From NCBI GenBank assembly GCA_016188115.1, contig JACPIK010000002.1, positions 1,064,077-1,128,076 of the forward strand: 64,000 bases of DNA, in the 5' to 3' direction. Both the position numbers and the translations under genes were made by a program. The notes under the pieces were generated by a model. That model made no database searches. It was given only the letters and a program-made list of their open reading frames with translations, and was not told where the DNA came from. Source of the DNA: Candidatus Woesearchaeota archaeon (GTDB taxonomy: Archaea; Nanobdellota; Nanobdellia; Woesearchaeales; GW2011-AR9). Positions 38,368 to 48,578 of this stretch are shown here, in pieces (the first letter of the stretch is position 1; every line of letters begins with the position of its first letter).

Positions 38368-39585
38368 TTATTCTGTAATCCCCACAAACCCATTAATCAA
38401 TGATTCATCTTTTTCTTTGGTTCGAGTTGCTGCAAAGTAATAGGTATCTGGTTGAACAGGTGCAATCAAATACCGTAATTCATTGTTACAAATATGGGGT
38501 TCATGAAGTTGTGGCGCGTCACAACTCTCGATAAAAGGACCATTCACAAATTCTTCCTTGCCCAAAATTTGTCCAGTCTGCTCCAAAACAATAATTTGCG
38601 AAGCACTACCACTATATCCAACTAAACTATCCACATTAGTGTAATAAATGGTAAATGATAGCGCATCCTGATCGTAAGGAAAATGCACTGTATATCCTTG
38701 AGCAGTTTGCACTACTTTAGAAAGTGTAACTGGCAGTGCGTTTGTTGGTGTGAAATCTAACACAAAGGGATATCCTTGATCACTATTAAAGAAAACATAA
38801 CAAAATAAAACATCGCGACCCTGTGAAGTAAATTCAGGCACGTTACAATTCCCATACTGCCATCGTTGGGCACGGTTGGCATCAAGACACTTTTTAAGAT
38901 CTTCTTGGTTACGACAAGCAGAAAGTAACTGTGCTGTCTGTGCAAAAACAGCGTCGAGTTCTGCAAGTTGAGTAGGAAGAGTCACTCTTGAAACTAATTG
39001 AGTGGTATACTCCTTACGTGCAGCAGTTGTATCAAAAGCAGCCTTGGGTGTAATTGTATCCCAAAATGGAGCAGAACGAGGATCAATCTTCGTTGCGGAA
39101 GGTCGAGATTGAATTCGCGCAGGCGCAAGATATTCTACACGAGGTGCAGTGAGATAATGTTCCATGCTCGCAACCATAACGCCATTTTTCTGTTCTAACG
39201 TGATCTCGCGATCTACTTGTTGCGCAAGTTGTTGTTGCATCGCTTCTACAAACTCATCATATATTCTAGGAAAGCACATTTTCTCTTTCATATTCCAACG
39301 AGCAAAAGAGGCATACGTTCCACACCCGGTGTCATGAGAGGGCAAAGTAGAATATATTTTTTCCTGAGTAAGAAGACTATTTTCCAACACTTTTTTTTCA
39401 AACACATATTGGTCTTTCGCAGCTCGATACGCATATTCTTCAAGATACTTATACTGCCATTCACCTTTCACATGGGGTATCTCATCCATTCCTTTGTAAT
39501 TAAGAACGACAAATAGACCTATCGATGCAAAAATAACAAATACGATCAAAAACGCGACAGTTCCCTTCTTATGCAGTGAGTTCAT
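38368..39585 (-). CDS. Large pilin-like/adhesin protein with class III-type signal peptide
   Basis: KKG|TVAF + hydrophobic helix; paired Cys; last gene of the pilin run. Confidence 0.6.
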   Translation of the reverse strand: MNSLHKKGTVAFLIVFVIFASIGLFVVLNYKGMDEIPHVKGEWQYKYLEEYAYRAAKDQYVFEKKVLENSLLTQEKIYSTLPSHDTGCGTYASFARWNMKEKMCFPRIYDEFVEAMQQQLAQQVDREITLEQKNGVMVASMEHYLTAPRVEYLAPARIQSRPSATKIDPRSAPFWDTITPKAAFDTTAARKEYTTQLVSRVTLPTQLAELDAVFAQTAQLLSACRNQEDLKKCLDANRAQRWQYGNCNVPEFTSQGRDVLFCYVFFNSDQGYPFVLDFTPTNALPVTLSKVVQTAQGYTVHFPYDQDALSFTIYYTNVDSLVGYSGSASQIIVLEQTGQILGKEEFVNGPFIESCDAPQLHEPHICNNELRYLIAPVQPDTYYFAATRTKEKDESLINGFVGITE

Positions 39586-39893
39586 GATACTCCTCGTTCC
39601 TGATTTTGCTTTGGTAACTCGTCTTCTGCTTCAGCACCAGTTACTGTAGTCAGAACTTCTTTTTGTATTTCGAGTTTCTCTTGATTTCGCACTAATTCAT
39701 TATGATATACTTCAAAATCTGTTGTATGTGATATCGCTACATAATCCGCATTCTTTGTAGATCCTGCCAGTGACGAATAGAGGAAAAAATACGCTAAGAG
39801 TGAAACTGTAATAATAAACAGGAAATCGAACAGATCATCGACAATTCCCTTCTTACTTCTCGAATTTTTAGGTCTTGAATGAAGGTTTTGCAT
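39582..39893 (-). CDS. Pilin-like protein
   Basis: SKKG|IVDD + hydrophobic helix. Confidence 0.6.
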   Translation of the reverse strand: MQNLHSRPKNSRSKKGIVDDLFDFLFIITVSLLAYFFLYSSLAGSTKNADYVAISHTTDFEVYHNELVRNQEKLEIQKEVLTTVTGAEAEDELPKQNQERGVS

Positions 39894-40443
39894 TCGGTGT
39901 ACCTCGTTCTATATCTTTTGGACTCTGCCTGCTCTGTACGCGTGCAGTATCTACCGCTTCCCATGCTCGCGCTGTCTTTCGCGGCAGTGTTTCTTGCACA
40001 TATATCATCAACTCATCTTTACTAAATTTGGATCCATCCCAGACTAACACATCTTTGCGCAAACTAAAGTGATCAACATTATAATAGTTGTTTGTCGCAA
40101 TTTGCGCAGCTAATGTATTTTTAAGTTGAAGTCTAAAATTAATCTCTCGATGACCTAACTCTTCAGGAGTTTTATAACAATCATCAAGCCGTTCTTGAGT
40201 AAATTTTGCCAAATCAATGCTCCCTATGATTACGTTTCCAGTTAGTTCATCTTGAAATGCAAAACAATCTGGATTATTTGCGAAACGCAATGAAATAAAA
40301 TCGGAACGAACTTCTGCGGGAACATGTGTCAATTTATCTTTATAACCTGAAATAAGAAAAACAAATGAGATCAGCAGTAAACTAATCGTAAATCCCATCA
40401 CCAACCAATACATACTCTTGCTCGCAACATCAAATACACTCAT
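39868..40443 (-). CDS. Pilin-cluster membrane-anchored protein
   Basis: N-terminal TM, one Cys pair, translationally coupled. Confidence 0.6.
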   Translation of the reverse strand: MSVFDVASKSMYWLVMGFTISLLLISFVFLISGYKDKLTHVPAEVRSDFISLRFANNPDCFAFQDELTGNVIIGSIDLAKFTQERLDDCYKTPEELGHREINFRLQLKNTLAAQIATNNYYNVDHFSLRKDVLVWDGSKFSKDELMIYVQETLPRKTARAWEAVDTARVQSRQSPKDIERGTPNAKPSFKT

Positions 40444-40958
40444 GGTCTCGCCTCAGTTGAGGGTGGTAACGGTGACGTTGGCAAGGATGATGCAGGGCAC
40501 TCTTGCAATGTGATTACTCTCTCTTTTTTATGGATACACACATGCTGTTTTGCTTCAATGAGTCCTTGGTTGGTCTGTCCCACATATCCCACAGGAAGAT
40601 AAAAATGCGCAGTTGTTTGGTCGTATACTCCATCTGTAGTTTGACGCAGCATAATCGTATCGGATGTTAAAATGAGAGTGTATTGGGTTAAATTTGCCGG
40701 ATATTCTACTAACACCTCTCCGGGTGTTGCGACAGCTGCATTTACCAGCATTGCTATATCCTGTGTGATACGTGTTTGCGTAACTGTTTGCGACTCTGCG
40801 AGTTGTGTTGCTATAGCAATGGTAATACCTGCCACAGCAATCACAAAAAGAACTTCAAATATCATTAATGCCGGTTTCACGCTGGCGCGTTTTGATCTTG
40901 GTAAAACAGTGAAGAATGGAATTTGTAATATCCTCAAAATCATGTTTTTAGAGATCAT
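40440..40958 (-). CDS. Pilin-like protein
   Basis: SKRA| followed by a hydrophobic helix with Glu. Confidence 0.58.
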   Translation of the reverse strand: MISKNMILRILQIPFFTVLPRSKRASVKPALMIFEVLFVIAVAGITIAIATQLAESQTVTQTRITQDIAMLVNAAVATPGEVLVEYPANLTQYTLILTSDTIMLRQTTDGVYDQTTAHFYLPVGYVGQTNQGLIEAKQHVCIHKKERVITLQECPASSLPTSPLPPSTEARP

Positions 40959-40962
40959 CTTC

Positions 40963-41574
40963 CTATTTTACCTGCAAATGAATTTTATGCGAATCTTTTA
41001 CAATTTCAAGAAGCAGACGTCGTTGGTCATGTTCTTCTCGATAATAATGAAATGGCACGATATCTATACCCTCCATAAATTCACAAGACAGTTTAGCACA
41101 ACTATACGTTTGTTGCGTTTTTACTATTCCATTTTCCTGTTCTTGATGTGAAATTTCAAATTTTCGTTCTTGACATAAACAGATACAATCCTTCTCGTTG
41201 CATTGGGAGGGATACTCGTATGCTTCTACAAAATCATAGGGTTCGCTTATTTCCACTCGAGAGGTTCCCCCTGGTCCTTCAACAATCTCGTTATCTCTTT
41301 TTTGTTCTGAATTAATCACCGTTAGTTGGTTTGCTTTAAATGTCACAATCGATGTCTCTTGATCCATAATCAAAATGATCGTTTTAACATCATCTCGCAT
41401 GTTAGGTTGCGCGAGTTGACGAATCGTATTTACCACTTCCCCGAAATTATGTTCTGCTTGATCACTAAGACGAAATACTTTAGAAACACCATAAATTGCT
41501 GTTCCAAAAATAAGTATTGCAAGCACTATAGTTAATAAAAAGTCCATTACAAATGCGTTTTTATGTAATCTCAT
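40963..41574 (-). CDS. Pilin-like protein, Cys-rich
   Basis: HKNA|FVMD + hydrophobic helix; CxxxxCxCxC cluster. Confidence 0.6.
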   Translation of the reverse strand: MRLHKNAFVMDFLLTIVLAILIFGTAIYGVSKVFRLSDQAEHNFGEVVNTIRQLAQPNMRDDVKTIILIMDQETSIVTFKANQLTVINSEQKRDNEIVEGPGGTSRVEISEPYDFVEAYEYPSQCNEKDCICLCQERKFEISHQEQENGIVKTQQTYSCAKLSCEFMEGIDIVPFHYYREEHDQRRLLLEIVKDSHKIHLQVK

Positions 41575-41620
41575 CTTTTTTCCTACTCAACAATTTTCCA
41601 TTTATTCTATCACTACTCAT

Positions 41621-41974
41621 TTATTCCACACAGCATTCTGGCTTTGCAGTTTTTCCATCTGGAGCAAACTTTGTTGCAGCAGTTTCTTCTGGACAGCCTT
41701 CAACTTTACCGTTTTCATCACCCGCAATACATACACATCGATCAAAAAGATCCACGACTCTATCTTTATCACAATCGTTACTACCCTCAATGTTTTCATT
41801 AATAACGCCAAACCCTTTATCGCCGCCGCTTTTAAACCAGATAATCAACAACACAAGCACAACCATTGCAATAGTAGCACCAATAATAATCCACCACATT
41901 TCTGATGAACCATTGCGCGTCTTTTTACATTTCTCTTGCTTAAAATAGTTTGAAATAGTTCGCATCAGTATCAC
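41621..41974 (-). CDS. Pilin-like protein
   Basis: RNG|SSEMWWIIIG + hydrophobic helix; paralogous N-terminus to 44194-44562; DxDxD + Cys. Confidence 0.65.
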   Translation of the reverse strand: MILMRTISNYFKQEKCKKTRNGSSEMWWIIIGATIAMVVLVLLIIWFKSGGDKGFGVINENIEGSNDCDKDRVVDLFDRCVCIAGDENGKVEGCPEETAATKFAPDGKTAKPECCVE

Positions 41975-41993
41975 TCCTTGTGTTTATTCTTTT

Positions 41994-42881
41994 TTATTTT
42001 CCTTCATAATCGGATATCTCTTCACAATTATTTTTCAAAAACGGACCAATTGTTTTTGTTTCTAAATCAACTAGTATAATTGTATCTAGTTCAGTTTCTC
42101 TAAATGCCTTCTCGATAAGGTTCGATCCTCCCTCTAGAGCAACGATTGCCCCTCCAACAACCAAACCTACTCCGCCTGTCGCAAGACCATACACCAAGAA
42201 AGTTGTCCCTCCTACGGCTGCGGCGCCAGAAAGAAAGTTTCCATCTTCTTTCTTTGATTTAAACATAACTGCATACGCATGATCTTCAAGAATTCCTGCA
42301 GGAGTATTTGTTCCTGCTGCAACATTTGTTTCTTCACCAAAAAATCCCATCACCCGACCATTTCCGCCTCCTCGTTGGAAATAATCTAAATATGTCATTT
42401 CTTTATTTTTAGAATAAGGAGTTTCACGTAAGAATTGTTCAAATTCAGAAGGTGAAATTGCGTTTCCTTCTTCCAGATCTTTAATATCATCAATAATCAG
42501 GGAATAACACGTAAAACATCCATTCTCTGACCCAAAGAGAGGAAAATTAGCAAAAACATCATTGTTATATCTTCCTTCACCCATCATATCCCAACAACGA
42601 GCCATATTTTGAGCAATCTGGAGTTGCACATCATGTTTATCTCCTTTTATTTTCTTATCAATGGTTTTACATAAAATGGGTGCGCCTTTAACATCCGAAC
42701 CACCCACTTCTAAAGCCGCAGACATACGCAGAGCAATACTGCTTTTACATAACGTCTCCGCTTGAAGATCATCATTTTTTGCCTGAGCTTTCATCCAGAC
42801 CGTGACAATGACTAAAAAAGCAGCGATGGCTATAATTACGTAAATTAGAAATTGAAATTCACCGCGTTTGCAACGTCCCAT
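41994..42881 (-). CDS. Pilin-like protein
   Basis: KRG|EFQF + hydrophobic helix; paired Cys; Gly-rich hydrophobic C-terminal segment. Confidence 0.65.
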   Translation of the reverse strand: MGRCKRGEFQFLIYVIIAIAAFLVIVTVWMKAQAKNDDLQAETLCKSSIALRMSAALEVGGSDVKGAPILCKTIDKKIKGDKHDVQLQIAQNMARCWDMMGEGRYNNDVFANFPLFGSENGCFTCYSLIIDDIKDLEEGNAISPSEFEQFLRETPYSKNKEMTYLDYFQRGGGNGRVMGFFGEETNVAAGTNTPAGILEDHAYAVMFKSKKEDGNFLSGAAAVGGTTFLVYGLATGGVGLVVGGAIVALEGGSNLIEKAFRETELDTIILVDLETKTIGPFLKNNCEEISDYEGK

Positions 42882-42958
42882 TCTCTCCCTCTTTTTATAG
42901 GTAGAAAGAGAGTGGGCTTTTTGAATTATTCGTTTTTAATGTTCTTGTTTTTCTCAGA

Positions 42959-43888
42959 TTAAGATGAAGAACAGGTAAGAAGATATCCTGTATCCAATGG
43001 TCTCATTCCTTCTTGTGTGAATTGTCGAATTAAATTTCCCTCTTCTGCAAGATCAGCCCCTAGACAATCATCATCAAGACCATCCGGATCATCTCCTGAA
43101 CAAGTGACGTCTCCTACTGTCGTGGGAAAGAAACAAATATGTTTTTTATCTGGAGTATAAAGCAATCCGCCATCTAACAAATTATTTCCTTCATCGTTAA
43201 TCTCTACCAATCCTAATGCAGAGTTCACTGTTGCTCGTATGGCATTTCCGGTAGCATCAAGACCGGAAGAACGAGTGATCGTAAGTGTTTCAACTGGAAA
43301 ATAATGCATTGCGTAATCACGTAACATACTTTCTTTTTTAATAGCAAAGGGCACATCGGGAAATCGGACATATGCTTCATAAAAATTCCCTGCAACATTT
43401 ACCTCTCTTCCATAGGCATCGTTACGTGTTCCGGCAATCACACAAGGTTTTACTCCTTCAATAAACTCATAGGATACTTCTTGAATCCCCCCTACTCCCC
43501 CAAGGACTTTGATACTCATACCTTCTTTTCCTTCTTTATTTTTACCAGAAGCGAGTACTAGCGATGTCCCCTCTTCACCAAGGTCAGGAAATCCCGATTC
43601 ACCTATTCTTTCGTTATATCGAGCAAAACAATACGATTCTTTTGCATTATGCATCAAAGTTATAGTTTTTTTAAGTTGCATAATTACTTTCTCATGTGAA
43701 GAAGGAATGGCAGGTTTTGTTCCTGGAGTTTCACTAACACCAATATCCACAAAATTCTTTGCATTATGTGTGCTATCCTTTGCTTTTGTAAAGCTACCGT
43801 TAGGACCATACGCCCACAAAAGAAGTAAAACCATAATAATTATCAGAACGGCAACACCCACCACCTTTTCAAAAGAATAACTGCTCAT
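42959..43888 (-). CDS. Pilin-cluster membrane-anchored protein
   Basis: MSSYSFEK + TM helix; Cys/Asp-rich C-terminus (GLDDDC). Confidence 0.62.
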   Translation of the reverse strand: MSSYSFEKVVGVAVLIIIMVLLLLWAYGPNGSFTKAKDSTHNAKNFVDIGVSETPGTKPAIPSSHEKVIMQLKKTITLMHNAKESYCFARYNERIGESGFPDLGEEGTSLVLASGKNKEGKEGMSIKVLGGVGGIQEVSYEFIEGVKPCVIAGTRNDAYGREVNVAGNFYEAYVRFPDVPFAIKKESMLRDYAMHYFPVETLTITRSSGLDATGNAIRATVNSALGLVEINDEGNNLLDGGLLYTPDKKHICFFPTTVGDVTCSGDDPDGLDDDCLGADLAEEGNLIRQFTQEGMRPLDTGYLLTCSSS

Positions 43889-43889
43889 T

Positions 43890-44042
43890 CTATAACAAAT
43901 CCCCCAGTCCACCCAATAAATCAGTTAAGTCGCCGCCTAACACTGCAAACCACACAATAACAAAGATAAGAAACGCTAAACCTAGAATCATGAGTATTAA
44001 ATGCCATGCTTCCATTCCTTTTTTGTTCACCTTACGATTCAT
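43890..44042 (-). CDS. Micro-pilin-like protein (50 aa, not in the ORF track)
   Basis: MNRKVNKKG|MEAWHLILMILGLAFLIFVIVWFAVLGGDLTDLLGGLGDLL; fits exactly between its neighbours. Confidence 0.75.
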   Translation of the reverse strand: MNRKVNKKGMEAWHLILMILGLAFLIFVIVWFAVLGGDLTDLLGGLGDLL

Positions 44043-44185
44043 GATAATAATTTCCCTCGCAATTTAAACGCATAAAATAGTAACGCCATCCCTAACAATA
44101 AGACCAAAATTATGATCATCAGAGTATTTGGTGTTAACCAATCGCTGCCTTTCTTGGAACGAATAAAAGAAGTGAGAATACCCAT
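44039..44185 (-). CDS. Micro-pilin-like protein (48 aa, not in the ORF track)
   Basis: MGILTSFIRSKKG|SDWLTPNTLMIIILVLLLGMALLFYAFKLRGKLLS; AGGTGAG RBS; ATGA overlap. Confidence 0.72.
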   Translation of the reverse strand: MGILTSFIRSKKGSDWLTPNTLMIIILVLLLGMALLFYAFKLRGKLLS

Positions 44186-44193
44186 GCTCTCAC

Positions 44194-44562
44194 CTAAGTA
44201 CAATACATTTTTTTTGCACTAAATTGCACACATTGGCTATCTGCGGATTTTTGCGTGCAAACAGGATCAGTTCCTACTGTTTTACATTCAACCGGCACGC
44301 CTAAACAACACACTTTTGCGTCTCCACCAGCAGCGTTCCCACAATCAAACGCGCCATTCTCTAAAGTACTTCGGGGGCATTCTCCACTCGCAGCGCAAAT
44401 TCCTCCTTTTCCTTCACAATCACTTAACCCTGCTTCTAAGAGATTGGTTTTTCCTGTAAAAAGAACAATAAGAATAACTAAAACAAGAAGAGCAATCACT
44501 GCGCCAATAATAATCCACCACATGGTGGCATCAGCGCGACGTGATTGTAAAATTGATGTCAT
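44194..44562 (-). CDS. Pilin-like protein, Cys-rich
   Basis: SRRA|DATMWWIIIGAVIALLVLVILIVLF; about ten Cys; AGGAG RBS. Confidence 0.72.
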   Translation of the reverse strand: MTSILQSRRADATMWWIIIGAVIALLVLVILIVLFTGKTNLLEAGLSDCEGKGGICAASGECPRSTLENGAFDCGNAAGGDAKVCCLGVPVECKTVGTDPVCTQKSADSQCVQFSAKKMYCT

Positions 44563-44571
44563 GACCAACTC

Positions 44572-44916
44572 CTAATAACGGCAACCGTTTGCTTCACAGT
44601 TTGTTTTGTCATCATTCCAGCTTTTACACCGGCTGATTTCATCACGGAAACGAGATTGGGCAACTTCTTTATCTTCAGGCGTTGCTGCTTGAGAATATTC
44701 AGTTGTATACGTTGATTCACGCGCAACAGTTGGTTTACAAGAACCATAGCTAATCTTCATTTCTGCAAGATCAACATTTCCCTGCGCGCCGACACCTTGG
44801 TTAAAAATTGCGATTCTTCCTGTAAAAATAGCACCTAAAATAACTAAAATGAGGAGTGCTAATACTGCAACAATAATTACATTAATGGACATACTTTGCC
44901 CTTTGTTTGAAAGCAT
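44572..44916 (-). CDS. Type IV pilin-like protein (first gene, candidate major pilin)
   Basis: MLSNKG|QSMSINVIIVAVLALLILVIL, a canonical class III signal; GAGGTGG RBS. Confidence 0.8.
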   Translation of the reverse strand: MLSNKGQSMSINVIIVAVLALLILVILGAIFTGRIAIFNQGVGAQGNVDLAEMKISYGSCKPTVARESTYTTEYSQAATPEDKEVAQSRFRDEISRCKSWNDDKTNCEANGCRY

Positions 44917-45049
44917 ACTCTTCCACCTCTTTTTTTCTACTAACCTGGTAAACGGAAAATATGTATATAAAACTTGCTGTATGTGCGAGTGCTCATTCCA
45001 TTGCTCTGTCCCGCAATAGTTAAATAGTAAAAAGTGTCCTCTCGTTGTG
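44917..45049. promoter_or_regulatory. Divergent promoter region (pilin operon / LamG array)
   Basis: TTTTATATA on the minus strand (about 44964-44972) and TTAAATA on the plus strand (45021-45027). Confidence 0.5.
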
Positions 45050-46153
45050 ATGTTTACACAAAGAGGTCGATTTTGGTTACTCATAGTGCTCTTCCTATTT
45101 CTTCTTCCATCTCTTGTTTTGAGCGGTGTTCATTTCGTTGACCCTACTCTGGCAAATAACACCCTTACCTCAAATCAAACTGTGTACATCAATGTTTCTT
45201 TTACAGAACTAAACCTTCAAAGTATAATTTACAATTGGAATAGCACTAATTTCACACTTTTCAACAGCTCAACTGTCTTGTTGTTGAACTTCAACAACCT
45301 TTCAAATTTAGGCGAAAACGGCAGTATTGTCAAAGATGCGAGTCTTTCTGGAAATAATGGCACTACTATTAATGGAAGTACTATCATCACTAATGGAAAA
45401 TATGGTTCTGCGATTACCTTTGATGGTCTAAGCGGATACGCCCGCATTCCTCACAGCACTTCTCTTCAATTTGGAACGGGTGGGTTTTCTATAAATTTTT
45501 GGATGAAAGTCAGCTCAACACCTGTTGTAAGTCAGACCGGACAAATTTTTGGCAAAAGAGTAGCTGGCGGTGGCAACTACGAGCTCCAAATCTCCAATGA
45601 AGTTCTTGTGGCCTACCTTGAAACTCCTACAACTCAGATTACTTCTACTTATAACATTAGCCAACATCTCGGAGAATGGATTTTTGTGACACTCAATCGT
45701 AATAATACTGCAGCAGGAATCTACGTTAATGGTTTGTTAAATACATCGGCAACATCAACCCAAAATATCAACAGTGTCGCACCATTAGAACTAGGTCGTG
45801 ATGGGGATGGAAAAAACGAGTATTTCAACGGGTCAATCGATAATTTTATGATTTTCAATCGTGGTCTTACTCACGCTGAAATCTTGGAGTTATACTTCTC
45901 AAATTTAGAACGACATAGCAATGAAAGTTGGACTTTTTTCATTAACCAAAGCCAAAATACCACTGGCGTTCTTGCCAACGGAACATACACCTATCAATTT
46001 TTTGCAACAAATAGTTCTGGCACTACTTCAAATACAACACAATGGCAAGTACGTATTGGACAACTGCTCGATGTTCCTGAATGGAGTACTCTAGGTATGG
46101 TAGTAATACTCATTATCACTATCTCTAGCTTCTTTCTACGTAAAGAAACATAA
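45050..46153 (+). CDS. Secreted LamG-cassette protein 1, PEF-CTERM-like (PEW)
   Basis: Signal peptide, FVDPT, LamG core, NGTYTYQFF, VPEW + TM + RK. Confidence 0.88.
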   Translation: MFTQRGRFWLLIVLFLFLLPSLVLSGVHFVDPTLANNTLTSNQTVYINVSFTELNLQSIIYNWNSTNFTLFNSSTVLLLNFNNLSNLGENGSIVKDASLSGNNGTTINGSTIITNGKYGSAITFDGLSGYARIPHSTSLQFGTGGFSINFWMKVSSTPVVSQTGQIFGKRVAGGGNYELQISNEVLVAYLETPTTQITSTYNISQHLGEWIFVTLNRNNTAAGIYVNGLLNTSATSTQNINSVAPLELGRDGDGKNEYFNGSIDNFMIFNRGLTHAEILELYFSNLERHSNESWTFFINQSQNTTGVLANGTYTYQFFATNSSGTTSNTTQWQVRIGQLLDVPEWSTLGMVVILIITISSFFLRKET

Positions 46154-46240
46154 AACCAGTCCAAGAAAAATTGTTCGCATGCATTTTCTCACTCGGAGCT
46201 CTTCGCAACTATTAAATACCTCATTTTTCTTATCTATTGT

Positions 46241-47356
46241 ATGGTTGTAGTGAAGAGGTTTATTTCTAATACGTTGTGTTTTATTCTTCTATTTTGTTTT
46301 ACCTCATTAACCTCCGCAACAGTAACTCCTACATTCATTAATCCTACGCCAGCCAACAACACAGTAACATCAAACACTTCTATTCTCATCAACATTTCTT
46401 TTACAGAACCATATCTTACCAATGTGACTTATATTTGGAATGGAACCAATTATACTCTCTATGATAACTCTACTCTTCTTTTCTTAATGGGTTTCAACAA
46501 TTTCTCTGGTATTGGTGATAACACCACAACTGCTGTCGATGTTTCTGCTCGCGCCCGCAATGGCACAATTACGGGAGCAATCTTCAATACGACTGGTCGT
46601 TACGGTGGCGCGTATAGTTTTATGGCAGGAAATCAATATATCCAAACTCAACGTAATTTCATGAACAACCTCTCCACCTTTTCTATGGCTGGTTGGGTTT
46701 ATGCAGAAGCAACAGGGAACAGAATTGCTTTTTTTGGTCAAAATGATGCTATCGAGTTTGGTTTCATTGATGCTAACACCATCACGTTTTATACTAGTGA
46801 TGCCTCAAGTGCTTCTTGGACAATTAACAGTACTCTCTTTCCTCTTAATGCGTGGAATTTCGTCGCCGTTACTGCAAATAATAATACTAATCCCTCTCTT
46901 ACAATTTATATTAACGGGATTGCCCAAGCAACCGGAGGCACTGTTACAGATACATTCGGCAATTCTGTTTATAATTTTAGCATCGGTGGATGTGTTTGGG
47001 ATCCAACAGGCAATAATTTCACTGGAATGATTGATGAAGTGATGGTTTTTAACCGCACACTCACTCCTGCAGAAGTGTATCTCACATATAGTTCTAATCT
47101 TTACAAATATGCTAATGATCAATGGTATCTCTCTATTAATCAAAGTCTTAATGCAACGCAAACTCTTGTCAATGGCACTTATACCTACCAAGTTTTTACG
47201 CAAAATATCTCCGGAACTTCATTAAACACAGAACAACGTACAGTTATCATCGGACAGCTTCCAGGTGTACCTGAATTCGGCGAGTGGGCAATACTACTTA
47301 TTTTAATCTCTACTGTTCTGGGGTACTTTCAAATGAAAAAAGCTAATTTGTCTTAG
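46241..47356 (+). CDS. Secreted LamG-cassette protein 2, PEF-CTERM
   Basis: FINPT, LamG core, NGTYTYQVF, VPEFGEWA + TM + KK. Confidence 0.88.
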   Translation: MVVVKRFISNTLCFILLFCFTSLTSATVTPTFINPTPANNTVTSNTSILINISFTEPYLTNVTYIWNGTNYTLYDNSTLLFLMGFNNFSGIGDNTTTAVDVSARARNGTITGAIFNTTGRYGGAYSFMAGNQYIQTQRNFMNNLSTFSMAGWVYAEATGNRIAFFGQNDAIEFGFIDANTITFYTSDASSASWTINSTLFPLNAWNFVAVTANNNTNPSLTIYINGIAQATGGTVTDTFGNSVYNFSIGGCVWDPTGNNFTGMIDEVMVFNRTLTPAEVYLTYSSNLYKYANDQWYLSINQSLNATQTLVNGTYTYQVFTQNISGTSLNTEQRTVIIGQLPGVPEFGEWAILLILISTVLGYFQMKKANLS

Positions 47357-47413
47357 GCACTTAAGACCACTCTTCCCGTAAAGGTTAAATATCCTACGAA
47401 CAGCGTTTTATTC

Positions 47414-48577
47414 ATGAATGGACAAAAGAGGAGTAGATTGTATACGTTAAGTAGTATCATCCTTTTTTGTCTCGCGTTCTCATTTACTGTTTATGCTGAC
47501 CAAAGTCCTACCTTTATTGATCCTACTTTTGCTAACAACACGCTAACCTCCAACACATCAATTGTAGTTAATGTTTCCATCACAGAGCCTCTTTTAGGCA
47601 ACATAACCTATAATTGGAACGGCAGTAATTACACATTGTACAGCGAAGAACTCGTAGTTATGTTTAATTTTGATAACCTTTCAGGTGTGGGAGAGAATTA
47701 CAGTGGAAACCGCAGTAACATTTTCGATGCATCACGCAATCGCAACAATGGAACTTGGATCACTAATCTCACCAATGAGACTATCAGAAGTAATTGGACT
47801 GCGCAGGGCAGGCATGGTGGTGCCATTGGTTTTGATGGTATTGATGATGTTGTGTACATCTCTAGTATTCCTGGCTTAAGCAATGCTACTAGCATAACAT
47901 TTTCCTACTGGGTAAAATTCCCTGACAATGCGACAAGTTATGACTTGAGTGGTTTTGTCAAAAGTGGCAGTGGTCCTGCAATCCGTTTAGGTCGAAGTAG
48001 TACCGGTGGTATTTTCATCAACCCTGGAACCCATACCGATATTTCTATTTCTCATTCCATCAACAACAAAAACCAATGGTATTTCCTTGCGTTAACTTCA
48101 GCTGTTGGAAAAAACTGGACCGTCTACGTTGATGGTAAAAATATTTCCAGCGGAACCAATGGTCTTCCTAGTGTTGGATTTGCGGGCGATACCCCATTTG
48201 GCATCGGTGCAACACTTGAACCAATTTCAACGGTATGGGAAACCAGGGGGTTCATCGATGAGCCTCGTATTTACAACCGCAGTTTCACACCAGAGGAGAT
48301 CTACACCCTTTACATCTCAAATTTCCAGAAAGTAACAGAGTCGCAATGGTACTTTTCCGCTAACCAAAGCCTCAATGCAACGGATGTTCTTGTGAACGGA
48401 ACGTATACCTATCAATTTTTTACTAAAAATACGACCGGCACGCAAAGCAGTACCGAGCAACGAACCATTCACATTGGCCAACTACCAGCAGTTCCAGAAT
48501 TTGGTGAGTGGGCAGTTTTACTGATTCTAATCTCAACTGTTGTAGGATATTTTCGGATGAAGCAAAGGACAGAATAA
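47414..48577 (+). CDS. Secreted LamG-cassette protein 3, PEF-CTERM
   Basis: FIDPT, LamG core, NGTYTYQFF, VPEFGEWA + TM. Confidence 0.88.
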   Translation: MNGQKRSRLYTLSSIILFCLAFSFTVYADQSPTFIDPTFANNTLTSNTSIVVNVSITEPLLGNITYNWNGSNYTLYSEELVVMFNFDNLSGVGENYSGNRSNIFDASRNRNNGTWITNLTNETIRSNWTAQGRHGGAIGFDGIDDVVYISSIPGLSNATSITFSYWVKFPDNATSYDLSGFVKSGSGPAIRLGRSSTGGIFINPGTHTDISISHSINNKNQWYFLALTSAVGKNWTVYVDGKNISSGTNGLPSVGFAGDTPFGIGATLEPISTVWETRGFIDEPRIYNRSFTPEEIYTLYISNFQKVTESQWYFSANQSLNATDVLVNGTYTYQFFTKNTTGTQSSTEQRTIHIGQLPAVPEFGEWAVLLILISTVVGYFRMKQRTE

Positions 48578-48578
48578 G

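Noticed and set aside
44917-45084. N-terminal extension of the first pilin
   Set aside because: Spans the divergent promoter and the LamG1 start; the RBS and class III signal support ATG 44916.
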